Assembly (NCBI GenBank): GCA_964187785.1
Contig: OZ076409.1
Location: forward strand, 10,852,001 to 10,916,000
DNA: 64,000 nt
Direction of reading: 5' to 3'
Source of the DNA: Amphiscolops sp. MND2022
Lineage: Eukaryota
In this document: positions 37,293 through 49,939 of the stretch, in pieces
Layout: every line of letters begins with the position of its first letter
How positions within the stretch are numbered: the stretch's first letter is position 1
Program-made: the position numbers and the translations under genes
The notes under the pieces: model-generated
The model's database searches: none
What the model was told of the DNA's origin: nothing
What the model saw: the letters and a program-made list of their open reading frames with translations, nothing else

Positions 37293-38615
37293 TATGGTTC
37301 AGTCTATGATTAACCTGGAACCATAAACCTTTATGGCCCAGAGTATGGTCAGCCTGCAGGCATGAAAAGAAAATTAGGATAATGTAGTCAACTGACGCAT
37401 GCACTGATGAAATTACAAAATATTCTTCAACCAAAGGTCCAATACAATCATCAAATTGAAAACAAGGTAGCAATCATCAATTTTTGGCAGCTTTTGCTGA
37501 AATATTGGTATTTTTTCTCGAAATAGTCAAAAATCACACTTCAAAGTGGGTAGTGCTACAACAAGAGAGTTAGTTATTAACTAAGGAGTGGCTGAAAATA
37601 AATTGAGTGACTATAGTTTGTCTTTAACTCCGTTTAGAGCTCAACGGAGTTCTGACCTGCAAAGTATCGTTCGCAGATACAAAAGGTCGAATTTGGCTCT
37701 ATTGCCCTCAGCCTATAAAGCTGGCTGTTCTCAATAATTGAAAGTTTTTGTTTGGGTTGCATGTCACGTCAACCTGCGTTTGGAACAAAAATTCATGATT
37801 CCAGGCTGATAATAATCTGGACCATAAATGATTCCAGGCCGATCATACTCTGGACCATTTATGAATCCAGGCCGATCATGGCAAATCGTGGTAAGGAAAT
37901 TTGTATAATTTGTATGGTGCCATAATATGGTCAGATTATGATCGGCATGGTCGGGAAACCCGGGACTGGTTTTTTCTGTTCACCCATCTCCACCATCACA
38001 ATTTTTTGAGAGTAATTTACAAAAACTTTTCGAAATTGCCCAATTAAAATGAAATCTTTTTCCAAAATAGAAAGTTATCATCTATTGGAAGAGTTCTTCG
38101 TTTGAACAAAACATTTTCACACATTTGGACTGTGATTACGTTCGAATTAACTGTTTTTTTTTCGTGATTCAAAAAAGGCAACTGTTGATTTCTTAATCGA
38201 AATTGCGTGACTTCATAAGGAGAAAAAGTGGGAACTAAGTCTATATCCGGATCCCAAACTGTCAACCTGCAAAGACAATTAACTTTGTGTCGTAATGTGG
38301 TTTGAAAAGATTTTATTCTCTAATAAGTTCAATTCATGTTTCCGTTTTATTTCAGTATGGTCCGTACAACACAGTAAAAAATTATTCAAACTAATAGTTG
38401 ACACCAGTTAAAATACAAGTCTATTATGTAAGAGTTTAATTGAGTTCTTTCACCGGTCATCGGTAACGCATATTGAAAGTTTCTTTTCTTCGGTGTTATG
38501 TAACCGAATCTCGGAACCAATGAAATTGAAGTAGCTTCCTCGGTAACGAACAGTAGATGTTTACCGAATAATAACAAGTGACGATGACGTCACCACATCC
38601 CCTCTTTTAGTTGCC

Positions 38616-41600
38616 TCATGCGAATCCTGCTTGATACTTCTGGGTTTGGGTTCGTAATCTTTTCGGTCTATCATTGGTTACTGCGGTATGTTCTTCGGTC
38701 AGCACCGGACTCAAGTTATCAGCGTTACTAGTCTTCGGCGTGACTGGATCTTGAATAGCATCATGTCCAATGTTTGGTTGAGGTTCCACTTTGACTACGT
38801 CTGATGATGGTAATGATGCAATTTGTCCGTCATTTGCCAAAATTGTTCGGTTGTTGTCATGAGCCAATCTGTGTTTCGTCCTTTCCGGATAATGTAAGTC
38901 AATTCTTTTGGCTCATGGTTTGAAGTGGGTTTGTACAGCACTTTTTGAGCAACTTCATAAAATCCAACAACAGAGTTTCTCAAGAATTTTCCAAGTAGTA
39001 ATTTGGCAGGAGTGTCACCTCTAGCATTTGAAGAATTTCGATGACTGAACAAAATTTTAGCACTCAATATAAGCAGTCAGTGAGCAACCAATGTCTTTAT
39101 TGTAAAATTTCAGGCTTCTTTTCAATGTTTGAACAGCTCTCTCGGCCAGTCCATTGCTTCTAGATGAACACAAAGGTGTGTCAATCTTTTTGCATCCTTG
39201 TGCTGACAACCAGTGTTTTAGGTATTTGGATACCAACTCCTTTCCGTTATCGGACACAACCGTATATGGTATTCCAAACCGAGAAAAGATTGTTCGGAGA
39301 CATCTGACCACGTTCCACGTTGATCGGTCTGTGCACAGGAAAGCTTCCAGCCGACCGGACCCAGCATCAGCAATGATCAGAATGTTACCGTGGTCTGCTT
39401 CATAAAGCCAGTCCATATGCAGTCTTTCCCATGGAGCGCAGTCTTCCCATTTGTCAGTAGAATCAGTCAGTCTCGATCGGTTTTTGCTGCATTCTGGACA
39501 GTTTTTGACAAATTGTTCGATATCGTTGTCCATAAACAGCCACCACGCATTTTTTTCACAAAGTTTTTCAAAGCATTAATTCCTTGATGGACGTCGTGAA
39601 ATTTTTCAATTACTTGTTTTCGGCATGTAATTGGTATAAAAACTCTCGATCCATTATATATCATGTCATTTTGTACTGTTAATGCATTTGAAACATTTAT
39701 AAAATATTTCTCCATTTTGGTACAGTTTTTCCAAATACCGGTTCGAATTCGGTTCATCACCCGTTTTGTGAACTCATTCGATTGCATCTCTTTCCGTAAT
39801 TTCTCGGCATCAATCACGGGTTTCTCAAATGTAGCCATTCCTACCGCAACTAAGTCGTCTTCATCGTCTTTGAACCGTAAGCGTGACATTGCATCGGCAT
39901 GACCAATATAATGACCGGGAGTGTATTGTACATCATAGTTTAGGCCATCAGGGTTACTGCCCATCGCGCAAGTCTCGCTGATACAACTTTCGGTATCTGG
40001 TTGCTCGGATTGAAGATATATTGTAGTGGCTTGTGATCTGTTCTCAAAGTGAACTTCCTCCCCAATGGAGATTGTCGAAGTCGTGTCACTGCGAATACTA
40101 CAGCAAGCGCTTCCCGTTTAATGTTGCTGTATTTCTGTTCTGCCGATGTCAAGTTTCGAGATATGTAGATAACCGGGTGATCATTCTGCGTTAATGCAGC
40201 ACCAATGGTTTTTTCGGATGCATCCGTTGTGAGAGTCACTTCTTTATCCAATGAGTACAGTTGTACCAATGGTTCACTTGTCAGCTCCTCTACCAGTGAC
40301 TGGAATGCCTTTTGACATTCATCGGTCCACTTGAAAGGTTTATAGTTTTGCCGGAGTTCATTGGTACACCGCGTCTTGGCCGCATAGTTTGAAATCCTTC
40401 GCCCAAAGTAGTTGATAACTCCGATAAAAGCTTCAACTTCTTTGACATCCTTCGGTGGCTGCAGTTGAAGAAGTTTTTGAACGTGCTTCTGTTCCGGCGT
40501 TACTCCTTCCGATGAAATTCATAGCCCAAAAAGGATAACGTTGTTGAGATTGATACGCACTTATCTTCATTCACGGTGAAGTTCTTTGCTGCCAGCCGTT
40601 CTTTGACCGCATTGTATCTTTTCCGGAGTTCGGCCTCGGTTACACCGAACAACAAAATGTTCTTGATATGCAACGCAACCATCCAGTCCTTTGAGCACTT
40701 CTTCGATAGCTTGGGGAAAATCGCCGCTACATTTTTTAATCCTTGTTGTAACCGGGTGACTCGAAAAAGGCCTCGGTTTGTATTCACTGTACACACATAT
40801 TGCGATTTTTCATCAAGTGGAATTTGCCAATAAGCTTTAGACAGATCACTTTTCGCAAAAAAATTAGCGCCTGACACTTTTGAGAAAATGGTTTCAATAC
40901 AAGGAAGGGGGTAGGCTTCGGTACTAATTTTATCATTTACATGTACTTTATAGTCAGCTACATTCGTAGTTTATCACTTTTTTTCACCCACACAACCGGG
41001 GAACAATTATCTACACCACCAGCTTCAACCGGTTCAAGGATTTCCAACAATATTATTTCATCAATTGTTTTATTGATTTTCCGTTCAAGTGGCAACGGTA
41101 CTTTCCGTGCCGCGCAAATCATTGGTTTAGCATCGGGTTTCAATTTAATGGAAGCTTTAGCACCTTTCACTGTTGGTAGCTTTTCGGATGCCTTCATCTT
41201 TGAAGCACCGGTCAATGGACTCTTTGCTATTATTTATTAGGAGTCGGAAATAATTTTCGACTACTTATGCAATCGTGCTGTTTTTTTTGTTTTTTTTTCT
41301 CCCGACCTTTTCATCAAAAATTTCAAATTTCTCAAAAACTGTCCATACGATTTTCACAAAATTTTGCACAGTCATTCTACACCCAAAGGGGCCTCTGCGT
41401 GTGCAAAAGCATCAAAATCGTATGGCCTGGATGTGAGAAACATAGCCAAAATTAGCCCGAAAAAGCCCAAAAAACAGCCATTTTTCGACTTTTTTCAATT
41501 TTCTCAAAAACTGTCCATACGATTCGAACGAAATTTTCTACAGTTATTCTACACCACATTAGAGTCCTATATGTGCAATGGCATCAAAATCGTATGGCTA

Positions 41601-42772
41601 GGATGTGAGAAACATAGCCAAAACTAGCCCAAAAATGGCCAGAAAACAGCCATTTTTCGACTTTTTTCGATTTTCTCAAAAACTGTCCATACGATTCAAA
41701 CGAAATATTCTACAGTCATTCTATACCATATTAGAGTCCTATATGTGCAGTGGCATCAAAATCGTATGGCTGGGATGTGAGAAACATAGCCAAAATTAGC
41801 CCAAAAATGGCCAGAAAACAGCCATTTTTCGACTTTTTTCAATTTTCTCAAAAACTGTCCATACGATTCAAACGAAATTTTCTACAGTCATTCTACACCA
41901 TATTAGAGTCCTATATGTGCAGTGGCATCAAAATCGTATGGCTGGGATGTGAGAAACATAGCCAAAATTAGCCCAAAAATGGCCAGAAAACAGCCATTTT
42001 TCGACTTTTTTCGATTTTCTCAAAAACTGTCCATACGATTCAAACGAAATTTTCTACAGTCATTCAACACCATATTAGAGTCCTATATGTGCAGTGGCAT
42101 CAAAATCGTATGGCTGGGATGTGAGAAACATAGCCAAAATTAGCCCAAAAATGGCCAAAAAACAGTCATTTTTCGATTTTTTTCGATTTTCTCAAAAACT
42201 GTCCATACGATTCGAACGAAATTTTCTACAGTCATTCTACACCATATTATGGACCTTTATGTGCAATTTCATTAAGTTCGTATGGCTGACATGTGAGAAA
42301 CATAGCCAAATTTAGCCCAAAAATGGCCAAAAAAAACAGTCATTTTTCGATTTTTTCGATTTTCTCACAAACTGTTCATACGATTCGAACGAACGCGAGT
42401 CAGAAGGAAAAAGACTTAAGCCGACTCCTTTACCTCATATGCGGCTCTGGTTATATCACGTCCCAATAAACCAAAATTTCTATCAGCATCAACAACAGCT
42501 ATGTTGACATTAAGCTCTTTGTTCTTATAGAACACTGTTGAGAAGAAAGCACCGAGATGTTTCATTTCATGTTTGTCATATGTTTCAATTCCCGTGTTCT
42601 TTTCTTCAACTTTCTGTTGTCCAATAAGCTTCCACAGCTTCTTTGAAAACAGCGTCAGTGATGCTCCAGTGTATTTCATCATTGGTATTTCTTTACCATT
42701 CACTTTGATTTTCTCCATTCTTGATATAATCGGTATGTCCAATAAAATACGAATAGTCGGAAGTACTGCCAT
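38616..42772 (-). pseudogene. pol: Fragmented pol (PR, RT, RNase H, integrase) of the second Gypsy element
   Basis: YTGAS..LLGRD, DLSKAYWQIPL, LTTDAS..RTDHKPL, WERLHMD..SDNG..SNGLAERAV spread over several frames. Confidence 0.9.
41236..42431. mobile_element. HINE/DINE-like element carrying about 6 copies of a 172-bp tandem repeat, inserted in pol
   Basis: AGGAGTCGG / CCGACTCCT subterminal inverted repeats, 5' hairpin, T-tract; repeat period 172 (ORF offsets 41750/41922/42094); pol rejoins across it. Confidence 0.8.
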
Positions 42773-43703
42773 TGTTTTCTTCGGGATTGGCTTTTTTTAC
42801 CAACAAATGATTCGTTTGTTTCTTCATCCGACACACTTTTGCGAAATGGTACGGCTTTTTGCAGTTGTTGCATGTTTTGCTGAAGGCCGGACAACTCCTT
42901 GGTTCTTGCTTCGTTCCGCATTTCGGGCATGCTTTGGCTTTGTTGTGGATGCCGGTTGAAATTTTGCCATTTCCGGTTGTCTTCTTTCGTAATTGACCGT
43001 TCCGCGCAAAGGAAACTGTTTCATTCGGTTCGTTGTGTTTGTTCACAAACTGTACAGTTTGTTCAAGCTGCTGAATAACCAACAAAATGTCGTCTATTGT
43101 AGCGTCTGGGTTTCGTTCAAGATGTTCCAACACTTTTAATTTGTGTTCGGAATTTTGTAATCCAGCAATAAAGCGTATCATGTGAGCTTCCGGATCAACG
43201 ATAGTTTTCAAATTACCGAACTCACAATATCGTGCCGCTTCCTTCAGACGTGCCAGAAAATCTCCTGATGATTCTCCATTCCTCTGGGTAATAGCCACGA
43301 ATTTTGTTTGTTCGGCAATAACAAGTCTTTTTCTCCGCTGCAGGTAATTTTCCAGTACCGTTTCAATTTCATTGAATGCCATTGTTTCCACTTTTGTCGG
43401 TGCAACAAGCGATTTGACCTTCAAAAGACTTTCCACACCGCAACGGAAAAGAAATTGATTCGTTACTTGTAGATCGGCCGGTGTTGTTCCAGCTGCCGGT
43501 ACATCTGCTTCCTTTTCGGCCCGACATCGCGCTTTAAAGGCATCTATCCAGGTTAGAGCAGCTTCGGGTTCGAGCAGATTAAGTTGCTTTTTGTCTCCGT
43601 TGCTTGCATTTTGATAACTCCACCGAACGAATTGAATATAATCTTGTCCCTTTCGGTTGAAATGAAATAACGGTAAGAAATCTTCTGTTTCTTTTGCAAT
43701 CAA
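42693..43703 (-). CDS. gag: gag of the second Gypsy element
   Basis: RLKEAARYCEFG capsid-like motif and knuckles CPKCG..CPA / CNNCKKPYHFAKVC. Confidence 0.85.
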   Translation of the reverse strand: MIAKETEDFLPLFHFNRKGQDYIQFVRWSYQNASNGDKKQLNLLEPEAALTWIDAFKARCRAEKEADVPAAGTTPADLQVTNQFLFRCGVESLLKVKSLVAPTKVETMAFNEIETVLENYLQRRKRLVIAEQTKFVAITQRNGESSGDFLARLKEAARYCEFGNLKTIVDPEAHMIRFIAGLQNSEHKLKVLEHLERNPDATIDDILLVIQQLEQTVQFVNKHNEPNETVSFARNGQLRKKTTGNGKISTGIHNKAKACPKCGTKQEPRSCPAFSKTCNNCKKPYHFAKVCRMKKQTNHLLVKKANPEENNGSTSDYSYFIGHTDYIKNGENQSEW

Positions 43704-44973
43704 TTTTCAAATTTAAAAGAATTTCGGTGGTCTGGACACCATTTGTCGTAATGTGGTTTGAAAAGCTTTTATTCTCTGATCAGTTCAATTCAGGTTTTCG
43801 TTTTATTTCATTATGGTCCGTACAATACAGTAAAATAATATTCAAAATAATAGTTGACACCAACCAGTTAAAATACAAGTCTATTATGTAAGAGTTTACT
43901 TGAGTTCTTTCACCGGTCATCGGTAACGCATTTTGAAAGTTTCTATTCTTCGGTGTTATGTAACCGAATCTCAGATCCAATGAAATTGAAGTACCTTCTT
44001 CGGTATCAAACGGTAGATGTTTACCGAATAACAATATGACGTCACCAACGTTTGAAGGAATCTTGTTTTAATTTCAGGTCTTTTTATTCAAACATTTGCA
44101 CTAATTTTTCAAAAATATTAAAACATTACGGTGGTAGGGGGGAAAACAGAAAAGATCACCGAGCTATTTTTCAGTTAAACTGATGTCCTTTTTTATTGAT
44201 TGAGAGAAGGAACCGAAGAGAATTTTAAGCCTAAAGAACTAGGGTACTTCGAACTATGATCGTTTCATTAGCGGAAAATTTTAGGATTATCAAAATCAAA
44301 ATTTCAATCAAAATTTTAGGTTTATATCAAACTTAATGAGTCTGGAAATTGTTAAGTTTATCTTTGTTTTGCAAATCATCAGCACTGTTGATTTTTTAAA
44401 AGTGACGTCAACACGGGAAACGGAAACAGGGTTATTGTGGGCGCCAGTCAAGGAAGAAGTCACCAACTTTTGCGAGAAATTCTGGAAGAGTTTAAAGATT
44501 GAAATATACCAACTATGCAATTAATTGTTTCGTTCCACTTTTTTATTTACTTTAGAGAGGAAAGACAGTCCAGTATGATTTTCCGAAAATATAACTGTAG
44601 TCCTATTTATGCCAGAAATTACAAACACTAGGGTGCCAAAAAATACTCTCGATTTCAAAATTTCAAATCGCATTGAATTTTACAGATTCATTTGATACCA
44701 AACTCACGGGAGCAAAACTTTTTTTTTAATTTTGATCACAATTACGGGGCTAATTTTGGTTTTGAAATGCAACAAAATTGCGAGAGTTAAAACCATTTAT
44801 TGTTGATTTTTGGTATTTGCTGAAATTTATCATGCAATATCTCGAAAACTGCTCGTAAACATTGTGGCAAACTTTGCACCTTTGATTCAGATTTCTTACT
44901 TTTCACTTCAACACTTTCTTCTAAATCGCCCTCCTTACGATTTTACAACGCAAAATGGTCACAAAATGCGAGC

Positions 44974-45536
44974 TTTTTAGTCGGCGCTTTCATTATTAAT
45001 AAAAGAGCCCGACTATTACAGTCACTCTTTTTTTTCTTTTTTTTCAAGACACTTGAAACGACAAAAGTTTTGTTCATTTGTTTAACCAAGCAGATACCTC
45101 CAAAAGTTGCAACTAAGTTCCCCCTTTAGTTTTTCCTTTTCTGACGTTACATACAAAACCGGAAGAGACTAAAGGGTCCCCTTTCAAGTTTTTTGGTATT
45201 TTGCAGCAAACTGAAGTTTCAAAAAGCCCAAAGGGTCTCCCTTCTAAGTTTTTCGGCACTATGAGATATGAGACTGTTTCAAAATTCTCATTCTTCGTTT
45301 TTTTCATCAATTTTTTTCGAACACTTCGAAAATTCTCTAATGTCTCCAAAAGGTCCCCCTTCAGTTTTTTAAACATTGTGCGACAAACTGGATTTTTTAG
45401 AAGCCCAAATGGACCCCCTTTTACAGTTTTCGGCTCTGTGAGATTTTTTAAAAAGATTATTTATTTTTCGTTTCTAAAAAGTTTGCGCTGTTTGAGCCTT
45501 AGATATAGCGCCGACTTTAGACGTTCCCGTCTTGTT
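44974..45536 (+). mobile_element. HINE/DINE-1-like element
   Basis: Same termini as 8326-8848; 3' stem-loop AGACG-TTCC-CGTCT. A related 3' part lies at ~46900-47449. Confidence 0.65.
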
Positions 45537-48432
45537 GGAAACTACAATTTCTCATTTTTTCCTTCGAAAGGGATGAAGAATGAACAAAGAGCGAATAGAA
45601 CTTCTCATTGATTGGACGAGAATTCTCTTCAATCAGAGTAACTATTAACTGAATCTCTCAATCGCTGAAACTATAGAAACGATCTTGATCAAATCCTACC
45701 GTTTGAGAACAACTGAATACACAATTGCAATTAAAGTTTAGTGATTTTTGATCTGCGTTTTTTATCTTCATAGTCACGAGTTTTTTTTCGTCGAATGAGA
45801 TTACCTCATAGCAGAGATGTAAAAACACATAACGGTGATTTCAGATCTTATTTGACTGACTATTAGATCTTTTTCCAGAAAAATCCGATCTTAACCATTG
45901 TACTCACAGGAGTGAAGTTGAACGTTCACCAGTGGAGTGACTTTGGGTTTCCTTGTAGTGTTTTCAAGATTTTTCCAGTGTTTTCAGACATTTTTTGCAG
46001 TGATTTTTAGTACTCATTTAAGTGAGCTTAGAAAATTTGAAGTTTTAAAAAAGATTATTTATGTGATTATCAGAATTTATAAACTTACATATTACCTATT
46101 GAATTCTTTACTAATGCTTACTTTTGTTACCGTTCTTCAACTCGTGTTAAAACAAATACTATCTAAGCTTCGGTATTGAGGTTTTTTGTCTGCCTCAACA
46201 TCTTGGTAACCCTAGTTAAAACTGCTTGAAACTTTTACATGATTTCATAGGCTACAAAGCACTTTTAGCATGATTTTGGGAGTTTCATAGACATTCATTA
46301 ATGCAAAATACTTTCCTGATGCAATGCTATTTCTTCAGGTATTTATTAGGATTTCTAAGAGGGTTTTCAGAGCAACATCAAGGAAATTAAAGAACAAAGT
46401 TCCCGCAAAATTTTGCAGGTTTCCGCGGGCAAAACCTTAAATTTTGTAAGCACAGACGCTACAATATGATGTAAACAAATAGTCTACATGTGCCAGTGTG
46501 GTAAAAAAATCGTATCACTGGATTTTTTTTTCGATAGAAAAACTTTTTTTGCATGTAAACTGTCGGGATAGGCAATATTTATCACTTTTCGGGTTTGGAA
46601 AAACGAAAACAATTCCATAACAAAGTTCTACACGGCTTTTTTAGGGAACTACTTTGGAACGAATATCAAAACAAGGCTGTTTTGATTGGTTGAAAATTGA
46701 ATTTTTTCAAAATTTTCTCCAGCATCAAAGAAGTGGGAAAGTCTGACAAAAAAAACCAACAAAAAGGAATATAAGAGGTTTTTCCAAGCATTTCTGTGAG
46801 AGTTTCTTGCAAGAATCGAAAAAATTTGGTGTTTTTTGGAAGCAAAAATCAACAAATTGTTTAAAGATGAGTGTTCTGGCTTTCGGCTTCCTTATTACAA
46901 CTCCGAAAACATCAAAATGGTCCCCTTTAACAATTTTTGGCACTATAAAACTGTTCAAAATTCTCATTGTTGATTTTCTTCAAAGTCTTCGAAAGGTCTC
47001 CCTTTCAATGTTTTGATAATTGAAACAGGATGGATGTTTAAAAATCCCAATTGGACTTTTTTGTTTTAGGCACTATGAGACTGTTTCAAAACTCTCAGTT
47101 TTGGCCTGAAGTTAGAGTTTCGCAATTTATAACCACAAATGATTTTTTCAATATGGTTCGAATCCTGGAGGTAGATGTTCGAAAATTTTGCGCTATCATA
47201 TAATGCTTTACGTTATATACAAACTATATTGCGTTTTACGAAAGAGGAAGCATAGAATCAAAAACCGCTCGCATTTGTCTGAACACGCTACACTTGAACT
47301 TCTGAAGCGTTTTCCGAGCACAAAAAAAAGCAACCTTTAGATGATTTGAGACTGTTCTCTGCGTTTTTCATGAGAACGTCCCGGGCTTGTTTTAAAAACT
47401 TTTCACTTTTTGAGGTATAGCACCGACTTTAGACGTTCCCGTTTTGTTTCGTCTGACGCATTCTCATCTAGGCATTTGAGTTGTTTATCTTCAAAAGCCT
47501 ATTTTATTTTGAAGTTTTAAAGTGTTCGCAGTGTTAGTCTCCTCTCACATTTGGTTTACAGAGGCGATCCTGTCAACACAATGCAACAGCAAGTAGTCGC
47601 CGTCGCTTCTCCGTCCGTGAAGATGGAGGAACCTATGAAATGGGTATTTGCCAGAGACAGGCGCCCATAGCTATCAGCCCAGATTTCCTTCTGATGTAAA
47701 AACGTGTCATGTCAGGAGAGGATTCCGCCTCTAAGGAGTACATGCAGACCTATTCCAGTCTGTACTTGCTATCAGCAACGGGCATCTTACTTTTTCCTTC
47801 AGGATCACCGCTTAGACAGCTTTTAAAATTGTGGTTGGTGGTTTCAACGATACTTTTTTCAATCAGGTCACAGGAAGGAGAGAATAAGAAGCTCACGCGC
47901 TAAGACATCAAGAAAACGCAATAATTTATAGCATTTTTGTCTTTGCACCTTAGCTTTATTTAAGCAGAAAGACGCATTTTAGGCAATTCTAACCATTAGT
48001 AGCATCTTGCTAAATAAAGTGTCAGTTTAAAATCTGTGCTGGCGAGATCTCTTTTTCGAGCAAATTAGACGTTATGCCTGTCTGCTGGTTGGGGTCCTCC
48101 GCCGTGGCAGTTGTGATTCTCTTGCAATTTTTGGGACAGGTCTTTGAGCTGGCACGGACACCATTTGCGGATTATGAAAAAATTATAGTCCTTTGGATTA
48201 CAAAGAATTTTTCAGTCGTGTCACAAATGTTGATGATATGACAGTGGATCGTTAAACAAACTAGGGTTTTGATTGCCGACCATGATCAATATCTTCAGTG
48301 GGAATCAAAGATAAAAAGTATTGCCAATCCTACAGTGGATTGGGAGCAGCTATTGAGGGTTTGAATGTGTCTGTTTGAACGAGAATTTTTTTAAACAAAA
48401 TCTTCGCAAAACTTCACTTTTTGGTAACGTGA

Positions 48433-48886
48433 TTTTATAGTCGGTGGTTCATGAAGGGAAACGCAACTATTATAGTGACTCTTTTTTATTTTTCAATCCA
48501 AACTAGCTGACCAAAATAGTTCCTAAAAGTTCTACAAAATTTTATGGTGTCAAATTGAACCATTTGGCCTAGCGAACTGAACCAAAAAGGTTTTTCCTTT
48601 CTTTCCGCTAACATACAATACCGGGCGAGACTAAAGGGTCCCCCTTTCAGTGTTTTGGCATTGTGAGGCTTTTTTCTTTTTTTTTTCACCGAAGGGTCCC
48701 CTTTCAATTTTCTTGATGAGTTGCGACAGAATGGATGAAAAATCTCAAAATGTCCCCCCTGGCGCGCCAATTAGGTCCAGTTTTTGGGTTTTTCAGGTAC
48801 TGTAAAAGAATACTTGACACTTTGAAGTCCTTTTGCTGTTTCGAGCCTTCGATTTGGCGACGACTTAGGCCGTTCCTGGCTTGTTT
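48433..48886 (+). mobile_element. HINE/DINE-1-like element
   Basis: Same family; closely matches 61732-62194. Confidence 0.65.
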
Positions 48887-49647
48887 GTTTTGGATTGAGG
48901 AAGAATTAAGGTATTTGTTCACATGCACGAACACCGATCGAAGAATAAATAAATTCTTTGACAAAAAAAAACAAACCATGTTTCAAAATGCGCAAAAAAG
49001 TAGAAATCTATTAAAAAGAGACTTCTTTCTAAGATAGGATAACCTCCTATTGAACTATGCATAGACAGTAATTAGCCAAACGTTCGTTTGAAAAAGCTTC
49101 AGAGGATTCTCTTCTTTGAAAAAATGAATGAAACTCCCTTTCATTCATTTTGGATTTTTATCTAACCAAAAAACGACCAGCAAGATGTTTTTTCGTGGTT
49201 AGTTTTTTCTTCTAAAGGGTAATCACAGAAAAACAGTTTATGCGTTGACGCACAAAATACAAGCATTCAATTGTTCAAAAATTGTTCGAGAAGTATGTAT
49301 CTATCCTTTTGTTTTTTATTCGTTCAATCTCCGTTCACAATTACTGGTTATTGAGACCCATTTTCAAAATTACCATGGGTATGTCATCCATGAATACAAC
49401 GACAGAGCATCAATGCATGACATACCCATGGTATAGCTTCGATTTTGTTCAGTCTTGTTCTGGCAAAAAAGTTGACCATGAAAAACATGGTAATTTGGTG
49501 TTTGCTTTTTCGACAAAATCTATCGATGCTGCAGTTTTAATCTCCTACTACACCCACAAAACTGAGAAATGTCTGAAGGACGAACAAGAGATCCCTGGAA
49601 CTGACCCCATTGTTGATGGAGATATTAACTCGGTTAGAACATGGATA

Positions 49648-49939
49648 CCCAGCATTGGACATCTTTAATATCTTGTCAAGATCTTGTCAAGATCTTTCCA
49701 GATCTTCCAAGATCTCGCAAAGATCTTTCCAGATCTTCCAAGATCTTGCAAGTTCTGGCAAGATCTTCGAAGAAATCCCAGCTAGAATCCAAGTTCTTGT
49801 CAAGATATCCAAGATGAAATCCAAGATCTTACCAACAAATTCAAGATGTCAAGATAAAACCTAAGATCTTTCCAAAATATTCAAGAATTCAAGATTTTTC
49901 TAAGATCTTGGCAAGATATTCAAGATGTCAAACGCTGGG
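49648..49939. mobile_element. EnSpm-like MITE (family of 5059-5510)
   Basis: CCCAGCATTGGACATCT ... AGATGTCAAACGCTGGG termini; CAAGATCTT repeats. Confidence 0.7.

Larger units (their letters stand above)
20934..37964. mobile_element. EnSpm-like non-autonomous element split by a Merlin-like MITE and the large Gypsy element (halves ~20934-21564 and 37293-37964)
   Basis: CCCGGCTTTCCC ... GGGAAACCCGGG termini; the same CCAGGCYGATCATACTCTGGACCAT repeats occur in both halves. Confidence 0.6.
38288..44049 (-). mobile_element. Second, decayed Ty3/Gypsy element with short LTRs, inserted in a Merlin-like MITE (~37968-44156)
   Basis: LTRs 38288-38597 and 43744-~44049; PPT AAAAGAGGGGA (38598-38608); PBS-like TGGTGTCCAG; imperfect TSD CTTTG/GTTTG. 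Confidence 0.9.

Noticed and set aside
41267..42315. Array of short repeated ORFs
   Set aside because: By-products of the 172-bp tandem repeat; 172 is not a multiple of 3.
44336..49668. Short ORFs or exons at 44336-44524, ~47560-47830 and 49282-49668
   Set aside because: Somewhat coding-like, but no consistent splice chain or recognisable domain could be built.
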